This document shows positions 10,326 through 23,400 of a stretch of DNA of 64,000 nt, piece after piece. The DNA lies in NCBI GenBank assembly GCA_964016885.1, contig OZ024740.1:395126001-395190000 (forward strand), read 5' to 3'. The DNA comes from Eledone cirrhosa (lineage: Eukaryota). Made by a program: the position numbers and the translations under genes. The first letter of the stretch is position 1. Each line of letters opens with the position of its first letter. The notes under the pieces were generated by a model, which saw only the letters and a list, made by a program, of their open reading frames with translations, had not been told where the DNA came from and made no database searches.

Positions 10326-11721
10326 GAAGGGAGAGTTGTACGATCAAAGTGGCAATGTTGTTTGTCTAAGCTCTCTTCCAGAACATTCCTGCTATAAAAG
10401 AAAGATGAAAAATAATTTTAATAAAGAAGATTAACAAAAAGCAGATGCTAATAAAACAATGTAAAAAACAAAATTTATAAAATTTTAATATAAGTATGAT
10501 ATATACATTTTTGAATTTATAACATTATTTTGCTATGGTCTATGGAACAAAATCGTTTATATAATCTATTATATGCAATATATATATACTGTATATATAT
10601 ATTATTTATAAAACAATCATCTGATAAATCATAAAATGAAATCTATTGTAGGTGCAGGATATATGCTATCTACATAAGTAAACCATTGGCTGTTAGATAA
10701 ATATTTTAAATTAAGTATGATATAAATGTATTACTGATATACTGTATGGTTTACTTTCTAGAATCTACAGCTCAGCCAGGACTCTACTGTATTTATTTAC
10801 TGGGACTGTCAGTTCTAATTCAGCCATAAGTACTTCTGATGTGAAAATAAGGATATAGTAAAGCACATAAAGAGTTTGTCATGATTGCCAGCATAGTTGA
10901 AGAAAGCAGAATAATATAATTAAAAGATTGTTTCAATTTTACTGCATGGTTAAGATTGTTTTCTTGATATAAATAATAATTAGCAGTTCGCCATCTAATG
11001 GACCTGACAAGTATTTAACAAATAATATAGTTTTCAGAATAAGTGGTATTGCTAATACAAATTATTTACACTTATACATATATATATAACCATGAGAAAA
11101 ATGAAGAAAAAAAAGGAGGGTAGAGGAACCTTCAGTCATGTCAAGGTTATGATAGCCTCTCTTGTACACAGTAGAATATGATGTACATAAACGAGATGCA
11201 GATCCCTGGCCTGTCTTGGAAATCAGTAGCCCTGCTACACTACTTGGTCTATGTAGACTCATCCAACCTTGCTAGCTTGGAAAGCAGACATCAAAGCAAT
11301 GATAATGATGGTACCTTTTATCATGGTATCAGCACTAGAAAGTTTGTTATGTCTTGAGCAAGATTAATGGGTCCTCTTGACCCTATGTTTTTTGTTGTTG
11401 TTGTTTTTTGCTTATTCAACAACAATTTTACACCATGTATTGATTTATTATGGTGCTAACACCACTGACATTACCTTACAGCCCACCAGACTACAGTGTC
11501 CTCACTACTCTACATTGTTGCTATTGTTTCAAGGCTACATGACAAAGTGAGTAAATAGAAGTTGAACTAGGCTAAGAAGGTAAAAGGAGTGAGAGAATGG
11601 TGGGAGAAATAGAGTTGATTGGATGGTAGAGGAGAAACTAATGGAAGAAAGTCAGTGATGGCTATGTGTATTACTGGTAAAAGTGAGAGTAAGTGATAGA
11701 TAGTAGTAGAGCTGGGGAGAT

Positions 11722-11754
<33 letters not shown>

Positions 11755-12090
11755 TTGGTTCTCAATAATGGGTGACATAGAGGAGAGGGAACATTGGCTA
11801 GCAGCACTGAAAAATGACAGTGGAGTGTATAGGATAGAAACATATCTGATACCGTCCCTGTTACATAGGCATCATGATGGAACAGAGATGTTAGATTGAT
11901 AAGGACTGTATTAGGGGGACATTGAATACAGACAATGTCATCCCTCACAAATAACGAAAGAAAAAAAAGGGAGGGAAAGGGAAAGACGGAGAGCAAAAGA
12001 AAAAAGAGTGAAAAAAATAACTAAAGCAGGAAAAAAGAGAAGTGAAAAGGTAACAAGGAAGAATAATGAATTAAAGATAAAACAAAGACA

Positions 12091-12579
12091 GAAGTAAAAA
12101 TAATTGTTTCTACTTTTAGCACAAGGCCAGCAATTATCTCAGTGCATTACTGGTACTTTATTTTATTGACCCCTTAAGGAAGAAAGGCAAAGTTAACCTC
12201 GACGGGATTTGAACTCAGACCGTAAAGGGACGTAACTCTGCTGGAAAGCATGGTGTCCGACCCTCTACCGATACTGACAATTCACTGCGAAGTAAAAATA
12301 ATTGTTTCTACTTTCGGCACAAGGCCAGCAATTACCCAGTACATTACTGGTACTTTATTTTATCGACCCCATAAGGATGAAAGGCAAAGTTAACCTCGGC
12401 GGGATTTGAACTCAGACCATAAAGGGACGTAACTGTTTGCTGCAAAGCATGGCGTCCGACCCTCTACCAATACTGCCAATCCACCAAAAATAATTGTTTC
12501 TACTTTTGGCACAAGGCCAGCGCCAGTGCATTACTGGTACTTTATTTTATGACTCCGTAAGGATGAAAGGCAAAGTTAA
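12091..12579 (-). mobile_element. Three tandem copies (third truncated) of a tRNA-derived SINE with a Meta-domain-like core
   Basis: ~198-bp period; minus strand has A-box-like TGGCAGTATTGG, B-box GAGTTCAAATCC, then GCCTTTCATCCTTA.GGGGTCGATAAAATAAAGTACCAG. Confidence 0.8.
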
Positions 12580-13892
12580 AGAACGAAAAGCAAGAGTGAA
12601 AGACAAAAAGAAAAATTCTAAAAAGAAGAAAAGATTTGAAGAAAAAATCGACACAGTTTGAGCCTTTCTCCATTTAAATCTTTATATATTAAAAAAAAAT
12701 CAATATTTTCTGTAGTATTTGCCACAAGAGCCACATTAATAAACAAACATTACAATTCACCAACAAATCAATAAAAGTAGGTTGAGAAGCAGAATACTTT
12801 CCAACAACATTTTCTTGGTTAACATTTATTTTATGTACTTTTTATCTACTTATTTTGAATTTGACCATTTGACATATTTCTTGCCTGTCAGTCCTTACCT
12901 CCACCACCGCTACAATCCAAACCCACCCTTTGTGGAATTCTCAACAATGGTACAACAACCATTACCAACTCTCTCTCTCCCTTCTTTCCTACCTCACTCC
13001 CTCTTTCAACTTTACTCACACATCTTTTCATTCACCTTTATTATATATAACAAGTACACACACATTCAAATATATATATATATATAGTTGAATGGAGAGT
13101 TATTAAATACATATATCTTTTGTTCTTCACTCAATGTCTTACTGGCCCACTTTCTCCCTCTCCACCACTACTTTTCTGTCCAATCATTGATTCCTTTCCT
13201 TCTCCTCAATCTTTCCCACCCAACCTATTAGTTTCCCTATCTACAGTTTCTCCATTCCTCTTTTCTTTTATTGTCTTTATAACTGTTCAGCATTATTTTT
13301 GCTATCACTACAGACTGCTTACTACGAACAAATTTTTTTTATAATTTCAACCTTTCCTTTTTCATTTTTATTTTACATCTTTTTTAATACTTTTTTAATA
13401 CATATTTTTCATTTATAACCCTTTCAAAATTTTCCCTTTTTTCATTGAAATTTATTCTTTTAACCAATTTCTTCACCTGGAAATATTCCAAGACTAATAT
13501 TATTTACCATTATATTATCATCTGTAGCCATGTCACAAATTTGTTTGCTTGTTCTTTAATGAAGAAATGATTATTTTGTGTATTTCAAACTTCTTCAGTG
13601 ATATATAATATTCAATAATCTTGTATTGGGAGTAGGGTCATTTTGCCAATTAAAATCACATCCATTAGTCAACAGTTTTATTGAATGATTTCTAGTCTAA
13701 ATTTTAGTGTTATGAGATTTCTTCCTTTGTCAGCCTTTCTTTTCCTGGTGACAACCATTTATGAATGTCCTTCTGATTCCTAACATTAGCTATTTAGTAT
13801 TTTCCTTGCAAAGGAGATCATTTTTTGTTTTGTTTGTTTGTTTTTTTCAAGCAATTCAAAATACCTTCATTATAAAACCAAATTTAACTTAA

Positions 13893-14110
13893 CCCTTTAG
13901 CATTTACATTACTCTACTATTGTATTTTTGCAGTAAAGGCTTTATCTCACATAATTATCTCACATAATATCGAATCTACAAGATTTTGATGATATTATTT
14001 ATTTTGAGAACACTATATTAACGTTGGTACAAGCAGCTGGTTATGGCTGGTTTGAACAGAAAGAGGTGAGGGAATTCTGGCCAGATGCGGCCAGTTTAAA
14101 TGTTAAATGA
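13893..14110. mobile_element. piggyBac-type MITE
   Basis: TTAA|CCCTTTAGCATTT at the left end and decayed AAATGTTAAATGA|TTAA at the right end; a second copy is inverted at ~23401-23600. Confidence 0.7.
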
Positions 14111-14134
14111 TTAATTTGATTTATTTCATATCCT

Positions 14135-14140
<6 letters not shown>

Positions 14141-14218
<78 letters not shown>
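14141..14218. repeat. (CT)n microsatellite
   Basis: Direct reading. Confidence 0.97.
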
Positions 14219-14219
<1 letters not shown>

Positions 14220-15029
14220 ACAAAGGACTTAAATGTAGAGAAAAAAATCTATGTTTTATTCATTTACACTGATAATGCATAATGATGCTGAAACAATGTC
14301 ATCTCTAAATTCAGACTACAAAGTAAATTAGATTTAATTTGGTTTTATAAACAAGGCACAGTGAATTGCTTAAAAATAACAAAAAACAAGTGCCAAGAAG
14401 ACCAGATAGCCAATCTGTGAACAACTGTGCTATTTTGAAAGTAATTTCTTAATCACTTTGTCAGAAATTATTCATCAAACTATTATCAATGATCTCTTAA
14501 TCTCAAAACATTTTTAATTGGCAAAATATCCCTCCATAAAATTTTTTTTGTGATAAAATACTTCATATAGAGTGCTTATTAGCATCTCTAATCAAAGTAA
14601 TATCTTTATTGACACCAAGAACACGGCCTATGAGAGGGAAGTCCAGTCGGTACTTTGTTCCGGGGCCCAGGAGGTAAGAAGACTCCACAGCTACTATGCA
14701 ACTTCCATTTTGATAAAAAATCTTTGCCTTCTTGCAAAATTTCTCTTGGAGGCCCTGACCAAGAATATACACAACAGGATTCTCAGCAAGAACATATTTT
14801 AAAATTACTACATGCTACCTGTTGAATATTTGCCAAAATTATTTCTGAAGTATATAACAGACCTAAATACGAATTAAACAATCCTATAAAGGATTGGTTA
14901 ATATTGATGGTAGCTATTAGATGATGGATAAACATTTAATATTTCCTAGACAAAATGTCAATCTAGAGAAACACCTTCCTATGAATTAGAATATCTTTAA
15001 AAAAATTGTTGGATCACAAAGACTTTTGA

Positions 15030-15190
15030 TGGATTAATGAAAAAAACAAACTAAAATTGAATCTTACAGTGGAAGTATTATAGAAACCTTGTTTGCTTGG
15101 AACAACTAGGATAATACAAAAAATATTGGATATAAACTGAAAAGAAGGAAACAATGTCATGATACCTGAGACCACTGGATGTGATCTGAT
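15030..15190 (+). pseudogene. C-terminal remnant of an R4/Dong-like RLE non-LTR retrotransposon
   Basis: VEVL*KPCLLGTTRIIQKILDIN* matches the ..QK..LLGTARI.RK.L end of R4-clade ORFs; (TAA)n at ~15377-15400 lies beyond an inserted SINE. Confidence 0.6.
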
Positions 15191-15194
15191 AGCA

Positions 15195-15327
15195 TAGTTA
15201 CGTCCCTTTACAGTCTGAGTTCAAATCCCGCCGAGGTTAACTTTGCCTTTCATCCTTACGGGGTCGATAAAATAAAGTACCAGTAATGTACTGGGTAATT
15301 GCTGGCCTTGTGCCTAAAGTAGAAACA
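15195..15327 (+). mobile_element. 5'-truncated SINE of the same family as 12091-12579
   Basis: AGTTACGTCCCTTTAC.GTCTGAGTTCAAATCCCGCCGAGGTTAACTTTGCCTTTCATCC...TGCCTAAAGTAGAAACA. Confidence 0.85.
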
Positions 15328-16602
15328 GATATCTATAATAAACCAGGAATTAAGTTCAATCCAGAGGAAGGACATGATAATAATAATGATAATAATAATA
15401 TGTAATTAAAATGAAATAGAGCAAAAGAAGGCTTAGTCATTACTGAAAAGATTACAGGAGTAATATCATAAAAAAGTATTTTAAAACGACCAAACTGTTG
15501 TCCACAACAACAACAAAAATAATATTCTATATTGGAAAATTATAAGAAAATGAATGATGCCATTACTGATAAAGAGAATCCTTTCAGAATTCTTAAAGAA
15601 TATATTCATTAGTAGTTTTAGAAACATCATCATCATCATCATCATCACCGTTTAACGTCTATCTTCCATGCTAGCATGGGTTTAGACAGATATCTTAATC
15701 AAATAACCAAAACAAAAGAAAGAATATGGCTTCCTGTTTTTTTTTTAATTCATTTTCATTTTTGTATGGTTATATTTTTAGAATGCAAATCCCCTGCTAC
15801 TAGTTTTATTGTTAATTATTTTTTTAGTGAGAGGAACAATACACAACTTCAATCAGTATTTGAAGACAATTTTTCACATTCTAATATTTTTTCATCAATG
15901 CAAAATATCTTGGAGTGGGAGCTAATAGTTGACAACTAATTCAAGTATGTAGTATTAAGTCCTTCTGCATTATAACATTCCAGGTCTGCTATCATTGCCT
16001 TTTCAGCTTTTCATCCTTCTAAATGTCAATAAATTAAATACCAGTCATCCAATGAGATCGATTTCATCAATTAAATCCCACTACCATGCACACTTTCTTT
16101 TACCAATTCCATGTGCCAATTACCCATTTCTTGTGTAAATTTCAGAAATCAATATTTTCCATCAATGATGGAGCTGAAGTGATTGGCAAAAAAGCATTAT
16201 AATAATACATTGTTCTTGTTACTGTTGTTATTGTAAAGTCCCCAGGATTGCTTTCATTAAAGAAATAATGTTCAAAGGTGTTCCAGCCACCTATGAGTAT
16301 CTTCAATCTTAGCTGAACTGCAAAGTCTCCTACATTCTCCAGGTCTTTGTCCTATAGCTGTTAATAAACCAGGAGTCTGGTTTTCTACAACCCTCTATCA
16401 TTTTTGGTTTGGATGTCCTTGTTACCTATTTACTCTTTAACCATTACAGTATTGTCATTTTTTAGCTTCTTCAGTAGATCCTCTAAGTCCCAATTTTTAA
16501 TTTAGAAAGCTCAGGTGTTTAGATTCAGCCTGAAATTGAATTCTATTTCATAAAGCATTTTCAGAATATATACATGTATTTTTGTGTGTGTCAATATATG
16601 TA

Positions 16603-16641
<39 letters not shown>

Positions 16642-16704
16642 ATATTAAACAAGCCAGAAGAATGGCCTATTCAGGCAAACACAAAACATAAGTTATATAT
16701 ATAT

Positions 16705-17345
16705 ATCATCATCATCATCACCGTTTTACATCCGTTCTTCCACGCTAGCATGGGTTAGACGGTTGTCCTGTTGTGAGCAATGTCCAGTTGGCTGACCTTG
16801 TCTTGCTCATGCAGGACTGATTCTGGCTTGATTTCTACAGCTGGATGCCCTTCCTAACACCAACCTCATTTACAGTGAGTGCTGGCTGCTTTTTTCCGTG
16901 GTGCCTACACATCCACTTTACAGTGTGGGCTGGGTGCTTTTTTGCCATGGCACCTCCACGACCATTTTGCAGTGGGAGGGTGTGGGTGCATATTGTCTAT
17001 ATGCTTCAGCTTCGGCTTGTACCCATGGGGGGTCGGGTCTTCTGTATTACTGCATGATGCCAGAGGTCATGGTCGTGTGTCATCACCTTTGAGAGGTGTA
17101 ATTGAGTAAGGTCGGCTTTTATCACCTCATCCCAGGTCTTCTTGGGTCTCCCCACTCTGTGGTTTCCATCGACTTCTAGTGCTCTGCACCTTTTTATGCA
17201 GCTGTCATCCTTCATAGGCATCACATGTCCATACCAATGCAACCTCCCCTCCTGCACACAGCATTTGATTCCTCTTATGCTCAGTCTTTCTCTTAATTCA
17301 TTTATGTTTACCATTCGCGTATATTACTATTACACATCCATCGGC
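16705..17345 (-). mobile_element. 5'-truncated RTE LINE with tandem-repeat tail ((CAT)n on the plus strand)
   Basis: ORF 17006-17314 ELRERLSIRGIKCCVQEGRLHWYGHVMPMKDDSCIKRCRALEVDG...GRPKKTWDEVIKADL, followed by 3' UTR and tail. Confidence 0.9.
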
Positions 17346-17611
17346 TGACTCTTTTCCTATTACCCACTCTACTACCCATAGTATCGAGTTCCCTGGTGCG
17401 TTATGGTCCACCTGGTTCCTCACCACACTTTCTTCATACATACATACATATATATATATACAAACCTGCCAGAGACATTTCTGTGCAAGCGAGACATGGT
17501 CTCCGCACCATTCCCGTATCAAATGGAACAAAACGTCTAACCCATGCTAGTGTAGAAGATGGACGTTAAACAATGATGATGATGATGATGGATGATATAT
17601 ATATATATATA

Positions 17612-18053
17612 TATACGGGATAACAAGTTATCATTGTAGGTAATCCACCTAGAGGAAGTCCAGTTAGAGTACTCCGTGTTGTGGATGGTTTTAACGTATG
17701 GCTTAGTTTGACTCAACAAGACGCTTCCATAGTGATGCAGCGAGTTCGCGGTGAATTCTATGTAGGTTATACTTGGAGTAATAATAATTCAAGAGATAAG
17801 AGTAACATGGTTGGCTGTAGAATAAGGGCTTTATTCACAGTGCTGACAATTGTTTCGTTGATCTGGTAGGTCTAGAGCTCGCTAATCGCTTGATGTTGCA
17901 TCAATTGATCTCCAATACTTTGTTTACAAAGAGATCGATTGACGCAACATCAAGCGATTAGCGAGCTCTAGACCTACCAGATCAACGAAACAATTGTCAG
18001 CACTGTGAATAAAGCTCTTATTCTACAGCCAACCATGTTACCCTTCTTTCTTG

Positions 18054-18059
<6 letters not shown>
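17612..18059. mobile_element. Asymmetric inverted-repeat insertion in (TA)n containing the 3' half of a hammerhead-like motif
   Basis: Arms ~17784-17912 and ~17931-18059 with few mismatches; ~170-bp one-sided extension; arms contain CGAAACAATTGTC. Confidence 0.8.
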
Positions 18060-18100
<41 letters not shown>

Positions 18101-18102
18101 TA

Positions 18103-18135
<33 letters not shown>

Positions 18136-18139
18136 AAAA

Positions 18140-18485
18140 TACACCCCTGTCCCACTATCCCCACCCTATCCACACCACCCCTTTCAATGTAAAGTTATGT
18201 TGGTACCACAACATCCAGTCTAAAATAAATGAGGTCATGTAGGTGTCACGACAAAAAAAACACACAGTCCACGCTGTAATGTGACCGTGTAGGTAACACG
18301 GTAAAAATCTCCCAGTCCACACTGTAAACGTGGTTGGTGTTAGGAAGGGCATCCAGCCGTAGAAAACCTGCCAGATAGTCCTATATGAGCAAGACAACCA
18401 CTCTTGCCTCAAGTAGGAAAACTCCCGTCCAAACCCATGCAAGCGTGGAAGATGGACGTTAAACGATGATGATGATGATGATGAT
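18140..18485 (+). mobile_element. RTE 3' UTR with (GAT)n tail
   Basis: Closely matches the reverse complement of 63132-63470. Confidence 0.85.
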
Positions 18486-18627
18486 ATATATATCAGAATA
18501 AAATTCAAGTGTGAGAAACTAACATTTTTGTAAGCTACATTCTAGTCTTATAAATATCCCAAGGATATGAAACTTTAAGTAACTGAAAGCTGTAAGTTGA
18601 AATATAACAAACACATTTTTTATATAA

Positions 18628-18985
18628 CATCATCATTTAATGTTCATTTATCCATGCTTGCATTGGTCAGATGAGTTATCACATTATAAGACAAGTCAAA
18701 TCCAGAGACTAACAGGCTCATACAGATCTGTATTTAGGGTTGGTTTCTATGGCTGGATGACATTCCTAACACCAACTGTGTTACAGTGTGACTGGGTACT
18801 TTTTATTGTATCACCAGCATGATCACCTTACAGGGTGGATTGGGCCCTTTTTGTCATGTCGCCTGCACAAGCATCTTATAGTATGGACTGGATGCTTTTA
18901 TTCATGTCACCAACATGATCACCTTACCAGACAGACTGATTGCTTTTGTTGTTGTGGCACCAGATCAGTATACAGGGTGGATGTT
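18628..18985 (-). mobile_element. Decayed RTE 3' UTR with internal ~45-bp subrepeats
   Basis: CATCATCATTTAATGTTCATTTATCCATGCTTGCA...GGCTGGATGACATTCCTAACACCAAC, then repeated TTACAG.G.G.ACTGG units. Confidence 0.65.
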
Positions 18986-19084
18986 GTGCTTCTAAGAATT
19001 TGATAGAGCTTGTTTCTATGAGTGCTTGCTGTTCCTGTGCATTGAGCACACATAAAACCTACTTTATATATATATATATAATAT

Positions 19085-19292
19085 AATATAAAAAATAAAA
19101 ACGAACACAGACATATACATATATGTGTTCAAATCGTAAGGTCCCTTACGATTTGAACACATATATGTATATGTCTGTGTTCGTTTTTCTTTTTTATATT
19201 CTATTATAATATACGGCTGAGAAATATCTCTTTCTTAGAGCTATTTTATTGTAAGAGACTATTTTGAGTTCCTAACTCAATATATACCTTTG
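19085..19292. mobile_element. Near-perfect 57-bp-arm palindrome with one-sided extension, in (TA)n
   Basis: 19085-19141 pairs with 19144-19200, one mismatch, 2-nt centre (AAATCGTAAGG-TC-CCTTACGATTT). Confidence 0.85.
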
Positions 19293-19432
19293 ATATATAT
19301 ATATATTTATTAAAATAACAGATTAAAGTTTAAGCAAAGAATCGCTGCTTCACCCTTAACGGGATCTTCTGAAACTAAAAAATCAATCTGTGAATGCAGA
19401 AGTAAATATTTCGAAAAACGTTATTTATCCTT

Positions 19433-19474
19433 ATCGAGCCCTCTTTGGATTTTAGTCTTCAAATTTATTATTAT

Positions 19475-19530
<56 letters not shown>
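19433..19530. repeat. Second copy of the 47-bp terminus followed by (TA)n
   Basis: Identical to 325-371. Confidence 0.85.
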
Positions 19531-19533
<3 letters not shown>

Positions 19534-22374
19534 AATGAATATTCAGGAAATTATAAACTAGAAAATTGCTTGGTATATAATGTTATTCTCCACTTAAATT
19601 TGAAACAACTCCATATTTTAATATAAATCCAGAATAATATATAATACATATGCAAACATTAATAAATGCCTATACATGAATGGAGACTGAATTTTCAGTA
19701 TGATATAAAACATCAATGATATAATGCTCTCACCAGAAATAGCTGCTAAATCTCCTTCAAATCACACCTTACTGTCTTAGAAAAGAACTCATTGGATAAC
19801 ATGGTATATATGCACTGTGGGAGAGTATAGTCATGGCTGAAATGCCTTTGATTATATGTTTGCTTGTTCAGTAAACCTTGTGTAGATAACAATAATAACA
19901 TAATTCATGAAATCCCAAATGCAGAAAATCTTTCAAATTATTCCCACCAAAAGCAATGTTACAAAAAAAGCCCAGCTAGATAAAACACATGGTAATCAAT
20001 GAAAAATATTCAAATAGTAGAGTGAATCTTATAACAATACAAAAACAAAGTCAACACAATGAATACAACTGATACAATACACAAGCAATGCAAACAAATT
20101 CCACATAAAGTGTATTACATGAACTAATTCCCCCATGGTTATTGAATAGATGAGCATGTTATTAAAAATTTCATGAAATAAAACACAATTTGTATTGCAC
20201 CTAATCATAAAATAGCATTAATAATAATATAGTATAAAACGAAAATTAAAAATCAACTCATCAACAACAAGCTATTGAAAATATTTCAGGTAATTAATAT
20301 AATTAGTCATCTGAAGATTATAGTTGCAGCATAGCTGAATGGTTCAAACCTTTACAATCATTAGGTCCTGAATTCGATCTCTGTGTGTGACATTTTGGGA
20401 AAGTGTCATTTACCACCACCCATATTCATCCTGACATTTTAAGAGTGTATCTAGGGTTTACACTAATCATTGTATCTTTAAGATGATTGAGTGTGATTCG
20501 GCTGTAATTTCTAGCAACTTCAGTTATGTTTGAAAACCAAAAATGAAAGAGATGAGGAGTTGGACACAGAAAATTTTCCCCAAATTATATATCATCATCA
20601 TCACCACCACCACCACCATTTTCTATGTCCATTTTTCCACAATTGCATGGGCTATATATCTATTATTTAAATTATTGATAAAAACAATATCTTTTTTATT
20701 TCATTTAAAATACCAAAAATGCAATAACATTCACAGAAATGTAATATTCCAGATGGATATTTTAAGTTATATCAGACTTGTGCATCACAGTTTTGATACA
20801 GTTTAATAAATTCATAAAAAAATATCTTTTGTCAACACCAACTCATTTTGTTGTTAGTTCAGGTTAAGCGGATATCTTACTAAAGTTATTCCAGCCAACA
20901 TTATACCATCTGTTTGCATATAGAATATTGAGACATTTAGGTTAATGTGTAGGATTTTTTGTGATTAAAATTAAATAATGGGAATTCATGGAATCTGGTT
21001 GTTATTTTGAGCAAGTCAACCAAATAAATCGAGGTTCTATGGTTGCCTTGCCATTGTCTCTTAAATATTTCTGTGTGTATCTGCACACATCTACTGTAAC
21101 GTGTCTGTGTGTTTTTGAACTTATATGTTTGTAAATACATCATATTTGTAGTAATAGCTGAAAATAACGTTCCCCTATTGGTTCATATAAGAAGATATTC
21201 TTTGGTTTTCAAGAGTGTAGTCAAGAGAATTTACTGGAAGTTATTGGCAACAACATTTTGCCTTTTATCCTTTCGGAGTTAATAAATATAGTACCAGTCT
21301 AGAGTGGAGGATTGGCAGATTTACTAGAATGTCAGCTGGGACACTTTCCATTATCTCTTCAAACTCTGTGAATTCTTAGTTCAAATCCAACCTCCTGTCA
21401 ACAGAAAATTGATGACATGATTGTACTGGGCTCTATCAGCCAAACACCCAAACAACCTATGAGATGCAACTTTATAGAAGGACAACAAAGAGCAACAATA
21501 TAGCAGGATTTGAACTCAGAATGCAAAGAACCAGAATAAATTTTGCACAGTATTTCGCCCTACATTCTAACACTTCTACTAATCTAATGGAATAGGGGGA
21601 AATAAAGATTTTCCAGCATAGAACTAGTGTGGAGAGAACAGTAGCAGAAATGACATCAACCATTGATTTTAAAATATCTCTTCATTGAAGATTTTAATGA
21701 TAAATTTGTTGAAAGTAAGGTGTGTTATGTCATCACAAAAGAGGAATTTATTTCCATTTGTGATAGGAATAGCCATGTTTGTTTTACTGGGTCATAGCTT
21801 GCCGTTTCTATTTAATTCGATTGTATTATTCTTTGTTTCACAGGAATAGGATGTTATTAAATGAGAACAGCTAACTGTATGATTTGTGGCAAAAATGTTT
21901 AAAAAAATATACAATAAACAGAATGGATAAACCAAAAATAGAATATTATATGTTATGCTAGAAATACCGAAATGTATAATAAAAAAAAAAATAGAAAGAA
22001 CAAAAAGGGGAAAAAAACGAGAATATTCTAATTACACTAAGTTTGGTTGTTCTTTGGTATTCTTGGAGCAATGATGGGATGTTATGGAAATTATGGCTTT
22101 TATGACAATATATTCCCATCTGACTTTAATGTAAGTCGTGTTTTTTCTGTTTTATTTTTGCTTTTGTCTTGTCATTTATAATTAAATTACAATGCCATCG
22201 TTCTGAATATTTTTGATCGATATTTCTGAAAGAAAGATGTCATGAGCACGCTAACGTAATTTGAAGTAAATTGCTATGGAAGTACAAACAAAAACTTGGT
22301 AAATGTACACACTAGAATGATCGAGTAGGTTAAAATTATTCCAGTGACTTCATTATCGTTTTTGTTTTTGTGCA

Positions 22375-22425
22375 TATATTATATATTATATATATAATAT
22401 TATATATATAATATTATGTATTTGG

Positions 22426-22498
<73 letters not shown>

Positions 22499-22562
22499 TT
22501 CGATTGTATTATTCTTTGTTTCACAGGAATAGGATGTTATTAAATTTTTATCAAATTTTTCC

Positions 22563-22628
<66 letters not shown>
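22375..22628. repeat. (TA)n tracts and (GA)n, with an embedded ~50-bp local copy
   Basis: Direct reading; 22495-22545 duplicates 21812-21862. Confidence 0.85.
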
Positions 22629-23051
22629 GGTGTCCTAAATTTTTTATTTTTTATTTTGACATAATTCTATTTTCAGTCAAATAGAATTAAACAAAATAAT
22701 GGAACTAATGGTAAAATTAAGTTTTTGAGATTAGTGGAATGTTAGATAACTTTTTTTAAAAGGAGCAAATAAATGTAAGCAATTTGCTTAAAGCAACTGG
22801 CAGGAACAATTCTTTGAAGAATTTGTTCATTTTCAAATGATAGAGAGAAAATGTTAAATTACATCATATGTAATCTAAATTTCCCCTCATATTTTTATCT
22901 ATGTACCTTTCTTACATATCTATTTATGTATTGATTTAACTATTAGCCTAACTACTTATATATTTATGTCACTATTTATTTATCTATTTATTAATATCTA
23001 ACCACCTACACATTTTCTATATATCTAATTATATAATCACCAACTCTGTAA

Positions 23052-23277
23052 AGAGGTCATGTAGGTGTCATGGCAAAAGGAATGCAGTCCACACAGTAAA
23101 TGAGGTTGGTGCTAGGAATGACATCCAGCTAGGAATGACAACCAGGTTGGTGCTAGGAATGACAACCAAGCCAAAATAGGTTCTGTATGAGCAAGACATG
23201 GTCCCCAAACCTAGCATTGATCACAACAGGATAACTCATCTAACCCATGCCAGCATGGAAACATGGACGTTAAACAG

Positions 23278-23311
<34 letters not shown>
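23052..23311 (+). mobile_element. RTE 3' UTR fragment with (GAT)n tail
   Basis: GAGGTCATGTAGGTGTCA...TAACCCATGCCAGCATGGAAACATGGACGTTAAAC(GAT)n. Confidence 0.8.
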
Positions 23312-23400
23312 CTCTATCTACCTGATTGTCTTTTTTTAGTTTTAGTTGTGTTTGGTTATCTAACTAGCCATTTGTCTAACTATTATAATGTGCGTATGTA

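Noticed and set aside
12190-12490. tRNA genes suggested by A and B boxes
   Set aside because: No cloverleaf; the boxes belong to SINE heads
14265-14305. CTGATAATGCATAATGATGCTGAAACAATGTC as a hammerhead
   Set aside because: G8 is mutated, there is no closing pair at stem II and no stem I; compatible with chance in AT-rich DNA
14563-14802. Short ORFs on both strands as a host exon
   Set aside because: No recognisable domain or convincing splice pair; probably a repeat remnant
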